64,000 nucleotides of DNA from Bdellovibrionales bacterium (lineage in GTDB: Bacteria > Bdellovibrionota > Bdellovibrionia > Bdellovibrionales > UBA1609), in NCBI GenBank assembly GCA_965200875.1, contig OZ241456.1:1536001-1600000 (forward strand), in the 5' to 3' direction. The notes under the pieces were generated by a model. It did not search any database. It saw only the letters and a program-made list of their open reading frames with translations, and was not told the origin of the DNA. Shown here piece by piece: positions 29,722 to 39,872 of this stretch. Made by a program: the position numbers and the translations under genes. Each line of letters starts with the position of its first letter. The first letter of the stretch is position 1.

Positions 29722-29799
29722 TTTACATAACCTTTTTTATCCACAGATGATACGATACACTATATCAAAAAATTTTACTTTCTCCAGAGGCTTATTCGT

Positions 29800-31239
29800 A
29801 TGCGTTTTGAAAAACCGGCACTTAATTTTTCCGGCCTAAAAGTTCCACTGATTGTATTTACTCTTTGTGGAAACAGTTTACCTTCACACTCCTCTCAAAC
29901 TTTCAAAACTTTAAAAGAATTTGAAAAACATCTGCAAAAAAACTCAATACCTCTACAGGAAATGGGTGTGATTGTGGCAGATGCAAATAAACCTCTTTAT
30001 CAACTAAATGCAAATCAAAGTTTTATCCCAGCCTCTCTGATAAAGCTTTTTACCGCTTCCGCTTTGCTGGATTTATTATCCCCCTCTTTGCAATTCACTA
30101 CGCGCTTCCTAACAAAACACAAAATCAAAGGGTCTGTTTTAAAAGGCGATCTTTATCTGAAAGGTGGAGGAGATCCAGCTTTTGTCTCGGAAAGTCTATG
30201 GAACTTGGTGAATAACCTGAAACGCACTGGACTAAAAAAAATTGAAGGCGACTTAATTGTGGATGAAAGCCTTTTTGATGGAAAAATTAAAGGAGAGCGT
30301 CTCCCTCAACCCTCCCATTCCAGCTATGACGCTCCCGTAGGAGCTTTATCCTTTAACTGGAACACAGCTAATATATATTTACGCCCTGGAAAAAAAAGGG
30401 GAGACCCTTTAGCAGTAATTGTTGACCCTTCTCCCTTATATTTTGCCAATATTGAAAATCATACAAAAACAGCAAAAAAACAAAGTGTTTTCATTCAAAG
30501 ATACACAAAGAACTCACGGGAATCCCTGAAAATATCTGGTTCTCTTCCTCTTTTAAGTCCCGAAATTCTTATTTATAGAAATATTTTATACCCTGCAATA
30601 TGGACGGGGTGGAATACTTTGAGTTTTCTTAAACAAAGAGGAATCTATATCACAGGGCGTATAAAAAAGGGGAAAACACCTCATAAAGCGTCTGTTCTGG
30701 CGGAATGGAAAAGCAGACCCCTGACAGAACATATTAAGCTAATGATGAAATACTCAAATAACTTTATGGTGGAAATGCTGGTTAAAAATATGGTCGTGGA
30801 ATTGATGGGAAAAACAGGCAATTTAAAAGATGGACTGCAAATAATAAAAGAACATATTAAAAACCTGGGCATAAATCCTCAAGAATACAGCATGATACAA
30901 GCCTCAGGTCTCAGCAGAAAGAATAAACTCACACCATACCATTTGTTAAAAGTCCTGAAATACTGGCTAAATCATCCTCTACAACCGGAATTTGAGTCAG
31001 CTTTGCCAATAGCTGGTGAAGATGGCACTTTAGAAAAATATTTTAAAAAATCCAACTTAAAGGGGCATATTCATGCCAAAACAGGCAGTATCCGGGGAGT
31101 AACAGGGCTGGCCGGATATTTAACGACAAAAAAAGGAGAGAAAAAAATATTTGTTTTTCTCTTTAATGGTCCTGCCTCTTCTCAGAAAAAAGCAGAAGCA
31201 TTGTTTCGAAAATGGGCGTATATCATATCGAACCTTTAA
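29800..31239 (+). CDS. dacB: D-Ala-D-Ala carboxypeptidase/endopeptidase PBP4
   Basis: PASLIK (SxxK), GGGDP, SNN, AKTGS. Confidence 0.92.
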   Translation: MRFEKPALNFSGLKVPLIVFTLCGNSLPSHSSQTFKTLKEFEKHLQKNSIPLQEMGVIVADANKPLYQLNANQSFIPASLIKLFTASALLDLLSPSLQFTTRFLTKHKIKGSVLKGDLYLKGGGDPAFVSESLWNLVNNLKRTGLKKIEGDLIVDESLFDGKIKGERLPQPSHSSYDAPVGALSFNWNTANIYLRPGKKRGDPLAVIVDPSPLYFANIENHTKTAKKQSVFIQRYTKNSRESLKISGSLPLLSPEILIYRNILYPAIWTGWNTLSFLKQRGIYITGRIKKGKTPHKASVLAEWKSRPLTEHIKLMMKYSNNFMVEMLVKNMVVELMGKTGNLKDGLQIIKEHIKNLGINPQEYSMIQASGLSRKNKLTPYHLLKVLKYWLNHPLQPEFESALPIAGEDGTLEKYFKKSNLKGHIHAKTGSIRGVTGLAGYLTTKKGEKKIFVFLFNGPASSQKKAEALFRKWAYIISNL

Positions 31240-31355
31240 TCGGCAATGAAATTGCATATTATTTTCTCCTGAACTGATATTTTTTAATATTTATGCAATA
31301 TTGCTCCGCAGTATCAATACCCTTTATTCCCTATAAAGTTTTATAAGAAATCATC

Positions 31356-32087
31356 ATGTATCGTCTTTCGATTTTTACTTTAATGACTTTTCTGATGGCT
31401 TGCGGGCCTTCAATACCGGATGATTTTTTTAATTCTGGTCCAAGTCCTTATGGAAAATATTCAAAAGCCGGGGTGGAGTACTTTCAAGAAATTGGATTTT
31501 GTTTTGAGTTTGAGGAATGTAAAGACCCTAGTGTAAAAAAATGGACTTCCAAGGTTACGGTTAAAATATCCGGCAATTACACAGAATCAGATGAAATAGA
31601 GTTGGATAACATTATAGAAGAGCTGTCCGAGCTGACCGGGTTATCCATCACAAAGGTAACAGGTAACGCGGACATAAATATTTATTTTACAACACAAAAT
31701 AAATTTAAAAAATACATTCCCCAATACAACGAAAATAATCCGCAAGATGGTTTGTTTTCCGTTAACTACGACAAAAATTATGTATTTTATACAGCCACTA
31801 TTTGTATTGAAGATCGTTTTTCAGAACAAAAAAAGCACCATTTACTCAGAGAGGAATTGACTCAGAGCTTTGGATTGGCTCAAGATTCTTACAAATATCC
31901 AAACAGTATTTTTCAGCAAGACCCTCAATACAGACCCACAGAATATGCGGAAATTGATAAAGAAGTTATTCAAATTCTATACAGTAAAAAAGTAAAACCC
32001 GGAATGTCCCCGCAAGATGTGACTAATGTATTAACCATTCAACCCACTCAACCTGATCAACAAGTAGCCAGTGCCAACAATCAGTAG
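31356..32087 (+). CDS. DUF2927-like lipoprotein
   Basis: Lipobox LMAC; HLLREELTQSFGL..DS..Y..SIF. Confidence 0.7.
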   Translation: MYRLSIFTLMTFLMACGPSIPDDFFNSGPSPYGKYSKAGVEYFQEIGFCFEFEECKDPSVKKWTSKVTVKISGNYTESDEIELDNIIEELSELTGLSITKVTGNADINIYFTTQNKFKKYIPQYNENNPQDGLFSVNYDKNYVFYTATICIEDRFSEQKKHHLLREELTQSFGLAQDSYKYPNSIFQQDPQYRPTEYAEIDKEVIQILYSKKVKPGMSPQDVTNVLTIQPTQPDQQVASANNQ

Positions 32088-32131
32088 TCCGTGAAGAAGT
32101 CTCTATATGTGACATGCTTACTTACTCATAC
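32084..32131 (+). repeat. Partial MITE copy F
   Basis: GTAGTCCGTGAAGAAGT (15/17 to the TIR), followed by sequence resembling 35755-35798. Confidence 0.55.
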
Positions 32132-35100
32132 AGAAGCTGTTTGCTCTATTGACTTCATGTTCAAGGAAATAACTTTTGAAATTCCTTTTTCCTCCATTGT
32201 CACTCCATACAGATGACTGCATTCTTTCATAGTGTGTTTGTTGTGAGTAATAAGAATAATCTGGCTGACCTTAGCCATTTCCGCCAACAAAGAATTAAAA
32301 CGAACAATATTTATATCATCCAGTGGCGCGTCCACCTCATCTAAAATACAAAACGGAGGAGGTTTGACAAGAAAAATGGAAAAAATTACAGCCACCGCCG
32401 TCATAGCTTTTTCCCCTCCGGAAAGAAGGTTCATATTCTGAACTTTTTTTCCAGGAGGCTGAACGATAATGTCCATGCCTTTTTCTGGATCTTTTGTCAA
32501 AACCAACTCTGCCCGACCTCCCTCAAAAAGAGCGGGCCACACCTTGGAAAAACAAGAATTTACTTCGTCAAAAACCTCTTTAAATTTTCTGGAGCAAAAA
32601 CTGTCAATTCTGTTTATCACCTGAGAAAGCTTCTCTTTTGAAATACATAAATCCTCATACTGTGTTCGATAAAACTGATTTTCCTGTAAAAGCTCTTCAT
32701 ATTCTTTTAACGCCAAAAGATTCACTTCTCCCATACGGGAAAGTTTACTGTTTAATTTTTGAAGCTCCTGCTCCTTGGCCTCCCGGTCAAATTCTGCTGA
32801 CACAAGTTTTAAAGTCTTCAAATCCATCTGATATTTTTCCGCGATTCTTTCCGCCAGTGTGGATGTTTTTAGCGAAAGGCTTTCAGATTGCAGTTTCAAA
32901 TTACTTATGGCAGATTCCTGTTTTGTAAAAGTTTCCTGCAACTGAATAACAAAGGATTGATCAGCGTTTATTTGCTCTCTTAATGTCTCCTGCTCTTTCA
33001 TTAGGGATTTTGTGTCTTCTTCCCTCTGTTCCATTTCCTGTTGAAAGACTTGTTTTTTCCTCTCTTTTTCTGTTAACTGATTTTCATATTTTTGAATCAA
33101 TGTTTTTTTCTCTAGGGAATGGGAAAGTGCCTGTTTTTCATCCTGCTCCCCTCTCTCATACGACTGCCTGAGAAGAATATTCTTTTCTTTCATTGTGGCC
33201 AGAGCTGTTTCACATTCCGCCAATTCTTTCCACTGCTGATCTTTTCGCTTAAGCCATGTTTGTATCTCCCGATCTTCTTTTTCACACTCCTTTGAAATCC
33301 TCTCCAGATCTCCTTGCAAAACCGAAACTTCAAGAGAAGATTGCTCCTCGAGAATAGCACTTCTTTTTTTTTGTAACTCCTGCACTTGTTTTTGACACTC
33401 CAATATTTCTCTTTGAATATCAGTTATTTCTGAAATCAAACGATCCTGATCCCTGTTAACACTTTCCAGATCTTTATTAATTTCCAAAATACTGATTTGA
33501 AAATCTCCACCCTCTTTACTTAACTCCGACAACCTGTTTGAGCTTTTATGAAACAAAGTTTTTGTTTTTTGCAACTGAGCAAAAAGCGCGCCGATTTGCT
33601 GTTTCTTGCGCTCAACCTGAATCGGCAAATCTTTCATAGCTCGTTGATAAGAGAGAATGTTCATTTCCTCTTGCGCCTGAGGAAAGTCCCCGCCAATCAG
33701 ATCCCCTTCCTGTGTCAGTACTTCTCCCGCCAAAGTGATAAAACACCAAGAAGGATATTTCCTCTTTAGACGAAGAGCTGTTTGTATATCTTCCACTACC
33801 ACCGTGTTGGAAAAAAGCACTTTGATTAACTCCGTATTTCCCTCTGCCTGCTCTTTTAAGAAAAATTTAAAACCGGATTCTTTTCGCAATGTCTCACTTG
33901 AGGCTTGAATTTTTTCCGAATCAATACAAGATGAAAAACCAATAAATCTGCAAATACCTTGTTTTTTCTGACTTAAAAACTCCAAAGCTGAAAATACAGA
34001 TGTTTCCTCCTCACAGCAGAAAACAGATTTTAATCTCATGTCCATATAAGAGGAAACAGCTTTTTCCAACACCGGCGACGGAAGACGAATAGAGCTGGCA
34101 GTGTTTTTAAAATTATTTTTCCACTCTGAAGATTGCAGGAGAAATTGCATACCTTTTTCCCGCGCGCTTTGGTGGCTAGCCCATTTCTTAAGACTGTTCC
34201 ACTCAGAATACAAAGCTTCCGCTGACATCCGCGCTTTTCCAAGGTTCTCTTCCTGAGACTGAATATCCGCTTTTAAAAAGTCCACTCTCTTTTGTAATTC
34301 CTGAACAGAATTCGTCACATTAAAACTCATCTGATTTTTTTGCTCCAAAGCTTCTTCGAGACGCAGTTTTTGGGATTTCAACTTTTGGGCCATCTGATTT
34401 TTTTGCTCCAACAGTTTTTTTCCATCCTCTGCCCTGCGATTTACGGCTTTGATTTTTTCAGTAATAGATTGAGCACGCTCCTTAGACAAAGCTTCCTCAT
34501 GCCGGCAATTCATCATATCTGTTTTTAAAATTTGTTTTTTTTCAGACAATGAAGAAACATTTTTATAAACTCTGTTATATTCTTTTTTGAACCATTCCCA
34601 TTTTTCATATAGATCTTTTTGTTTTTTCTCCAGCTGAATGATTTGATTCTGACTCTCTTTCATTTGGTGTAAAGTTTCCTGACGATTTTCCTGATAAGAG
34701 CGCGCCGATTGAGGATATAAGTTTTGTTTGTTTACTTGAATAAACGCTTTCAACCCGGCAATCTCTTTTTCCAAAGAGACAAATTGAGTTTTTATGGAAT
34801 TTGTTGAAAGGGACAATGTATCCAGTTGTTTTTTATTTTTCTGATATATCTTTTCCCGTTCCTGCGTGCGAGCGCGAATTTTCTCCTGCTGTTCCTTGCA
34901 ATCTGCATTTTTTCGTTGCTCCTCCTGAAGACGCGCATGTAAGGATTTCCTTTCTTTCTGAATCTGCTCCCGTTCCCACACATTGATTTCAATATCTTTA
35001 TCCTGAATCTGTTTTTTAATATCTCTGAATTGCTCGGCGTTTTCAGACTGTTTCCTGAGTTTTGCAAGCTGAGTGCTTTGCTGAGACAAAATATCTTTTA

Positions 35101-35683
35101 GACGATTCAAATGGATTTCTGTCAAATCCAGTTTTCGTTCTGCTTCTTTTTTTCGGGAACGAAACTTGGACACTCCTGCGGCAGATTCAATCAATGTTCT
35201 TTTTTGCTCCGGTTTAGAGGAAATAAAACTTTCCACCGATCCCTGTTCAATAAAACTAAACCCGTGAACACCAGCACCTGTATCCATGAATATCTCCTGC
35301 ACATCCTTTAGCCGGCTGGACCGGGAATTAATAAAATATTCTGACTTGCCATCTCTATCTAATCTGCGGGTCAGCATAATTTCCGAACCATAAGAAACCT
35401 TTGATTGCGTGCGTTCCGCTTTGGAAAGTTCCATAATAAGAGAAACTTCCGCTATTCCACTTGGTGGATATTTTCCCGCGCCGGCAAAAATCAGATCTTC
35501 CATAGAAGAACCACGCAGATGCTTAGGGGCTGTTTCCCCCATCACCCATAAAAAAGCATCTACAACATTGGACTTCCCACAACCATTAGGTCCTACAATA
35601 CAGCTGACTCCTTCAGGAAAACGAATAGTCGTGCGATTTCCAAAAGATTTAAAACCTTTCATTTGTATCTGTTTGATTCTCAT
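32126..35683 (-). CDS. smc: Chromosome segregation protein SMC
   Basis: GFKSF, GPNGCGKSN, long coiled coils, hinge G-x6-G-x3-GG, LSGGEK, LDEVDAPLD. Confidence 0.95.
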   Translation of the reverse strand: MRIKQIQMKGFKSFGNRTTIRFPEGVSCIVGPNGCGKSNVVDAFLWVMGETAPKHLRGSSMEDLIFAGAGKYPPSGIAEVSLIMELSKAERTQSKVSYGSEIMLTRRLDRDGKSEYFINSRSSRLKDVQEIFMDTGAGVHGFSFIEQGSVESFISSKPEQKRTLIESAAGVSKFRSRKKEAERKLDLTEIHLNRLKDILSQQSTQLAKLRKQSENAEQFRDIKKQIQDKDIEINVWEREQIQKERKSLHARLQEEQRKNADCKEQQEKIRARTQEREKIYQKNKKQLDTLSLSTNSIKTQFVSLEKEIAGLKAFIQVNKQNLYPQSARSYQENRQETLHQMKESQNQIIQLEKKQKDLYEKWEWFKKEYNRVYKNVSSLSEKKQILKTDMMNCRHEEALSKERAQSITEKIKAVNRRAEDGKKLLEQKNQMAQKLKSQKLRLEEALEQKNQMSFNVTNSVQELQKRVDFLKADIQSQEENLGKARMSAEALYSEWNSLKKWASHQSAREKGMQFLLQSSEWKNNFKNTASSIRLPSPVLEKAVSSYMDMRLKSVFCCEEETSVFSALEFLSQKKQGICRFIGFSSCIDSEKIQASSETLRKESGFKFFLKEQAEGNTELIKVLFSNTVVVEDIQTALRLKRKYPSWCFITLAGEVLTQEGDLIGGDFPQAQEEMNILSYQRAMKDLPIQVERKKQQIGALFAQLQKTKTLFHKSSNRLSELSKEGGDFQISILEINKDLESVNRDQDRLISEITDIQREILECQKQVQELQKKRSAILEEQSSLEVSVLQGDLERISKECEKEDREIQTWLKRKDQQWKELAECETALATMKEKNILLRQSYERGEQDEKQALSHSLEKKTLIQKYENQLTEKERKKQVFQQEMEQREEDTKSLMKEQETLREQINADQSFVIQLQETFTKQESAISNLKLQSESLSLKTSTLAERIAEKYQMDLKTLKLVSAEFDREAKEQELQKLNSKLSRMGEVNLLALKEYEELLQENQFYRTQYEDLCISKEKLSQVINRIDSFCSRKFKEVFDEVNSCFSKVWPALFEGGRAELVLTKDPEKGMDIIVQPPGKKVQNMNLLSGGEKAMTAVAVIFSIFLVKPPPFCILDEVDAPLDDINIVRFNSLLAEMAKVSQIILITHNKHTMKECSHLYGVTMEEKGISKVISLNMKSIEQTASV

Positions 35684-35751
35684 TTCCTTATACTCCAATT
35701 TGCCTTTCACACAGTTTGTCTTCCGGTCTCCAACCAACACAGGGACTATTA

Positions 35752-35872
35752 ATCGTCTGTGAAAAAGGTTTTTTATATGTACAGCTTATTGCTCATACCT
35801 CACCGCTCGGTCTCAAACATGCGTTTTGCCACACACGCGTCTTTCAGTCGCGGTGGGTATGAGCAATAAGCT
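35752..35872 (+). repeat. MITE-like end G followed by a long inverted repeat
   Basis: ATCGTCTGTGAAAAAGG, then AGCTTATTGCTCATACC...GGTATGAGCAATAAGCT (17-bp perfect stem plus 6 bp after a bulge). Confidence 0.7.
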
Positions 35873-36000
35873 TTTTACCTCTTTCATTTTACAAGAAAAC
35901 AAAAAGTTCGTTATAAAACCTTGCAATTATTTCCCCTGAAAATTATAAAAAAATCAAATAATAGTAATAGGTTAAAAGCTTTATCACAGGCTTCTATATA

Positions 36001-36107
36001 GTGGTCCGTGAAAAACCCTTTTCATACAACTGAAAAGCCAAGTTGTTGGCTTTCAGTCCCTTGCAGGTGGGAATCAAGTCAAAATAACATACTTTTTCAC
36101 GGAGTAC
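36001..36107 (+). mobile_element. MITE-like element, copy A (107 bp)
   Basis: TIRs GTGGTCCGTGAAAAA / TTTTTCACGGAGTAC, internal AAAGCCAA-GTTG-TTGGCTTT hairpin, flanks TATATA / TACTTA. Confidence 0.75.
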
Positions 36108-36200
36108 TACTTAGATTGACTGGATTATAATAAAGTTTTTTGACACAGTGCAAATAAAACATAGTGGAAATAAAGCACCAAAAACAAAAAAGGAATAATG

Positions 36201-36289
36201 CGGAGGGGGAGGGATTCGAACCCTCGGTACGGGTTTCCCCGTACGGCCGTTTAGCAAACGGCTGGTTTCAGCCACTCACCCACCCCTCC
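36201..36289 (-). tRNA. tRNA-Ser(GCT)
   Basis: Acceptor GGAGGGG/CCCCTCC, anticodon arm GCCGT-TTGCTAA-ACGGC, long variable arm, GGTTCGAATCC. CCA not encoded. Confidence 0.95.
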
Positions 36290-36392
36290 CGACTATAATT
36301 TCATTGATCAGGCAACAACTTATATTTACACTAATTTCCTGTAAAATTCTTAATAAAGAATTTTACACTAAATTCCTGTAAAATGTCTATAT

Positions 36393-36466
36393 GCGCCCGT
36401 AGCTCAGCTGGATAGAGTACCTGACTACGGATCAGGGGGTCGGAGGTTCGAATCCTTCCGGGCGTG
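36393..36466 (+). tRNA. tRNA-Arg(ACG)
   Basis: GCGCCCG acceptor, CCTGA-CTACGGA-TCAGG, GGTTCGAATCC. CCA not encoded. Substrate class of TadA, which is also in this window. Confidence 0.96.
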
Positions 36467-36480
36467 CATTTTTACTAGAT

Positions 36481-37182
36481 TTATTCCCATTGGATTTTCA
36501 CTTCTTCAAAATCATCTTCTTTTTTCTGCTTTTCCGGTTCTACAGGTTCTATAGGTTCTAAAATAACCTGCATATCTCCTGTAAAATGCACATTATAACC
36601 TTGCTCTCTGGCAGTTCTCACAAAATCAGCAATAAACTCATTTTTCTCCTGTTCATTTCTTTTCTCCAAGTGCTCTTTCAACCAGTCTTTATGCGCTATT
36701 TGCCGACGAATAATCTCTTCCGGATCTTTATAAATATCGTTTTCAAAAGGCTTTTCATCTAAATCCTGGAAAACAGATTTTATAGAGGGATCATTAGAAA
36801 AACGCACACCCATATCCAAAGAAGAAACATCAGGTTCAATAGAATCTATGCTTTCCACCGGTTTTTTAAATTTTTCAGAAATAGTGTCATGAGATTGAAT
36901 ATCCTGCAGAAGTTTGAGACTTGCTTTTTTCTGTTCAATTTTTTCATCTATGGTAAGAGCTTTACCGGGTTGATCCAAAACAGGGGTAAACGGAGAAGGT
37001 ACTTTTTTATTTTGAAAAAAATACACACCAGCTGTAATTATACCCACCAAAAATAAAAAAGAGAAAAAATCAAAATCGTTTTTCTTCCTTTTTTTTGTTT
37101 TCGAAACGATTTGTTTTTTTTCTTTCCGGCGGGAATGATTATATTGTGAACGATGTCTGCTTTTTCTGCGACGAGTAGCCAT
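36481..37182 (-). CDS. Hypothetical single-pass membrane protein
   Basis: 233-aa ORF with basic N-terminus, one TM and an acidic C-domain. Confidence 0.7.
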   Translation of the reverse strand: MATRRRKSRHRSQYNHSRRKEKKQIVSKTKKRKKNDFDFFSFLFLVGIITAGVYFFQNKKVPSPFTPVLDQPGKALTIDEKIEQKKASLKLLQDIQSHDTISEKFKKPVESIDSIEPDVSSLDMGVRFSNDPSIKSVFQDLDEKPFENDIYKDPEEIIRRQIAHKDWLKEHLEKRNEQEKNEFIADFVRTAREQGYNVHFTGDMQVILEPIEPVEPEKQKKEDDFEEVKIQWE

Positions 37183-37448
37183 AACAAAACACTTATCGGT
37201 TATAAATTACTTTTTATTAAACAGAAAAATAGAATTGTTCATCCACAAGCTATGGTCTTTTAACCCCTTTGAAAAGGTTTTTTTCAGTAATACATAAGGA
37301 AAAACTTAAAAATCCGGTAAAAATTTGTATATTTATTGGAAAACTGGTATAAATTCTTAGTCTTTCAGGGATGGGTTAAAGAACGCAATCAAAAATATTA
37401 TATTACTTCAAAACCTGAGAATTTCCACTCTCACAGAATGGAGGTATA

Positions 37449-39143
37449 GTGAAACACAGAAATTTTTTTTTAAAAGACCGATTTATTTCCAACCGTATGG
37501 GTGTAATCATCTGTATTTTTACAGTTTTTTTGTTTCCAGCTTGGGCAAAACCAGTTCAAACTCAAAAAATAATTGTATCTGGTCCTTCTAGTCATCTCAT
37601 GGAAACGGTTAAAGATATTTATCGTCAAGGAGGCAATATCTTTGACGCGGCTATTGCCGGTGCTTTTACTCTCAGTGTGACACATCCGTATTTTGTATCT
37701 TTAGGTTGTGGAGGTTTTGCCTTGTTAAAAAGCAAAGCGGGAGGCCAGATTCAGGTTTTGGATTTTCGGGAAACAGCACCTGTCGCAATATCAGAAGACT
37801 TTTATGTCAAAAACAAGCTTTCCTCCACGAAGACAGGATCCGCCGTGGGTGTCCCCGGTTTTGTTGCGGGCCAATGGGCCATTCATCAAAAATATGGTTC
37901 TCTTCCCTGGGCTGAACTCATTAAACCGGCCATTAAACTGGCTGATAAAGGTTTTATGGTTTCAGGACAGTGGATGAATAAAACAAAAGGCAAAAGAAAA
38001 AAATTTAATCTTTCCGGACAAAGAATTTTTTTTCACTCTGACGGCACACCTTATTTGCCGGGAAAGTTTGTTCAGCAAAAAAAACTTTTGAAAGCTTTAA
38101 GGCTCATTGAAAGAAAAAATAAAACCTTGTTTTATGACGGATTGATTGGAAAAGATATTGTAAAAACAGTATCAGAAAACAAAGGAGTGCTAAGTCTTGA
38201 GGATTTAAAAAATTATCAGGTACGTTGGCTAAAACCACTCTCTTTTTCTTTTGGTCAATACACAGTATACAGTATGCCTCTTCCCAGCTCAGGGGGAATC
38301 ATACTAGCTCGCGCAGCTCAGATCATACAGCATAAAAAAATACATGGGTTTTCTTTGTACAGTGTGAGCGAATGGCATTTGTTGGGGGAAACGCTGGCTT
38401 TTTCTTTTCGCCCGCGTAGTCAGATGGGGGATTTAAGCCAGCCAGCTCCTTATTTAAAACACTGGCTTTCCCGCAAAAAACTACAGGATCTCAGCACTCA
38501 AATATCTTTAAAAAAGGTGAAAAAACTTCCGATTTTAAAAGATACTTTATTTCGTGAATCAAAAGACACCACTCATTTTTCCATAATGAACAATCAAGGG
38601 GAAGCGGTGTCCATGACTTTGACTTTAAACGGCAACTTTGGTTCTTTCCTTGTTACAGACAAATATGGCATTGTTTTGAACAATCAAATGGATGATTTTA
38701 ATACCCGTCCGGGCAAGCCCAATCAATTTGGTTTAATACAAGGAAGAAACAACAAAGTGAAAACAGGGGGATATCGTCCTTTAAGTTCTATGAGTCCCAC
38801 TATTGTGGAAAAAAACGGAAAAACAGTGATGGTCTTAGGGGCAGCAGGCGGGCCTATGATTATCAGTTCGGTGTTACAAACTTTATACCGCCATTTGATG
38901 AATGGTTTAAATCTGGACTCTGCTGTTCAATCTCCTCGCGTACATCATCAGTTTTTACCACGGGTTTTGTTTGTGGAAAAAAATCGCTTTTCCCCTGTGG
39001 TTTTAAGTTTATTGAGAAAGCGAGGGCATTATATCAAAACCCGGGATTCCATTGCCAAGGTGTATGCGGTTTCTAGGAGAAAAGATGGACTTCTGGAAGG
39101 AGCTTTTGATGCCCGTGGTGAAGGCGCGACAGGCGGTTTATAG
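37449..39143 (+). CDS. ggt: Gamma-glutamyltransferase
   Basis: DFRETAP, VGVPG, TTHFS, LNNQMDDF, PLSSMSP, GAAGG; GGAGG SD. Confidence 0.95.
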   Translation: MKHRNFFLKDRFISNRMGVIICIFTVFLFPAWAKPVQTQKIIVSGPSSHLMETVKDIYRQGGNIFDAAIAGAFTLSVTHPYFVSLGCGGFALLKSKAGGQIQVLDFRETAPVAISEDFYVKNKLSSTKTGSAVGVPGFVAGQWAIHQKYGSLPWAELIKPAIKLADKGFMVSGQWMNKTKGKRKKFNLSGQRIFFHSDGTPYLPGKFVQQKKLLKALRLIERKNKTLFYDGLIGKDIVKTVSENKGVLSLEDLKNYQVRWLKPLSFSFGQYTVYSMPLPSSGGIILARAAQIIQHKKIHGFSLYSVSEWHLLGETLAFSFRPRSQMGDLSQPAPYLKHWLSRKKLQDLSTQISLKKVKKLPILKDTLFRESKDTTHFSIMNNQGEAVSMTLTLNGNFGSFLVTDKYGIVLNNQMDDFNTRPGKPNQFGLIQGRNNKVKTGGYRPLSSMSPTIVEKNGKTVMVLGAAGGPMIISSVLQTLYRHLMNGLNLDSAVQSPRVHHQFLPRVLFVEKNRFSPVVLSLLRKRGHYIKTRDSIAKVYAVSRRKDGLLEGAFDARGEGATGGL

Positions 39144-39159
39144 CTCTTTTTTATATAAC

Positions 39160-39849
39160 TTAAAGTGCCATATCTTTGCTGAGTGGAATTTGCGTTTTTT
39201 CTGAGCAATGTTTCAGATAATTCTCCAATACGGGCGGAAAAGACAAGTCTTTTACTATAGTCAAGCTTCTCAAAAAAGCAAACAAATGAAAATCGTTAAA
39301 ACTGATTTGTTCCCCTAGATACCATTGATTTTCCCTATTTCCCGTCTGTTGTGAATGAGAAGGTTTTTTTTGTAAAAGCTTATCTTTTATTTTTAATAAA
39401 GTCTCTCCAATTTCTTTTTTAAATGGTTCTGTGTTTTCCAAAGCTTTGGCAAAAGACCCAATCATTTTCTCTTTTTTGGTTTGGAAATATTTACGAGCGG
39501 AAGGAGTCTTAAACTCTTCCATTGCTGAACTCACCCATCGGGGCATGACGAGGCTACAATAAGCTTTTCGCGCTTGTTCAAAGATCTCAAACAAAGAAGG
39601 ATCCTCTTTTTTTGAGATAACCACTGGTGGATATTTTTCATCAATAAATTGCACAATATCCATACTCTCTGGCATAAATTTCCCTGGTGTATATTCCAAA
39701 ATGGGAACCATTTTTTGTCCGATCATGCTCACAGGTGTTTTTTCGTCGTCATTTAATAAAGTAACCTGTTCAACAGATATGTTTTTAAGCCCGAAGATCA
39801 TACGAGCTTTTACACAATAAGGGCAATGATCATAGATAAACAATTTCAT
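39160..39849 (-). CDS. grxB: Glutaredoxin 2
   Basis: MKLFIYDHCPYCVKARMIFGLKN, GQKMVPIL, MPESMDIV. Confidence 0.93.
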   Translation of the reverse strand: MKLFIYDHCPYCVKARMIFGLKNISVEQVTLLNDDEKTPVSMIGQKMVPILEYTPGKFMPESMDIVQFIDEKYPPVVISKKEDPSLFEIFEQARKAYCSLVMPRWVSSAMEEFKTPSARKYFQTKKEKMIGSFAKALENTEPFKKEIGETLLKIKDKLLQKKPSHSQQTGNRENQWYLGEQISFNDFHLFAFLRSLTIVKDLSFPPVLENYLKHCSEKTQIPLSKDMAL

Positions 39850-39872
39850 TATTTAGTCCTCCGGTGGGTGGT

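Noticed and set aside
29800..31239. DacB as a predation-specific enzyme
   Set aside because: Cannot be distinguished from housekeeping PBP4 without a phylogeny.
36201..36466. tRNAs as integration sites for the flanking islands
   Set aside because: No integrase and no duplicated tRNA 3' end seen in the window.
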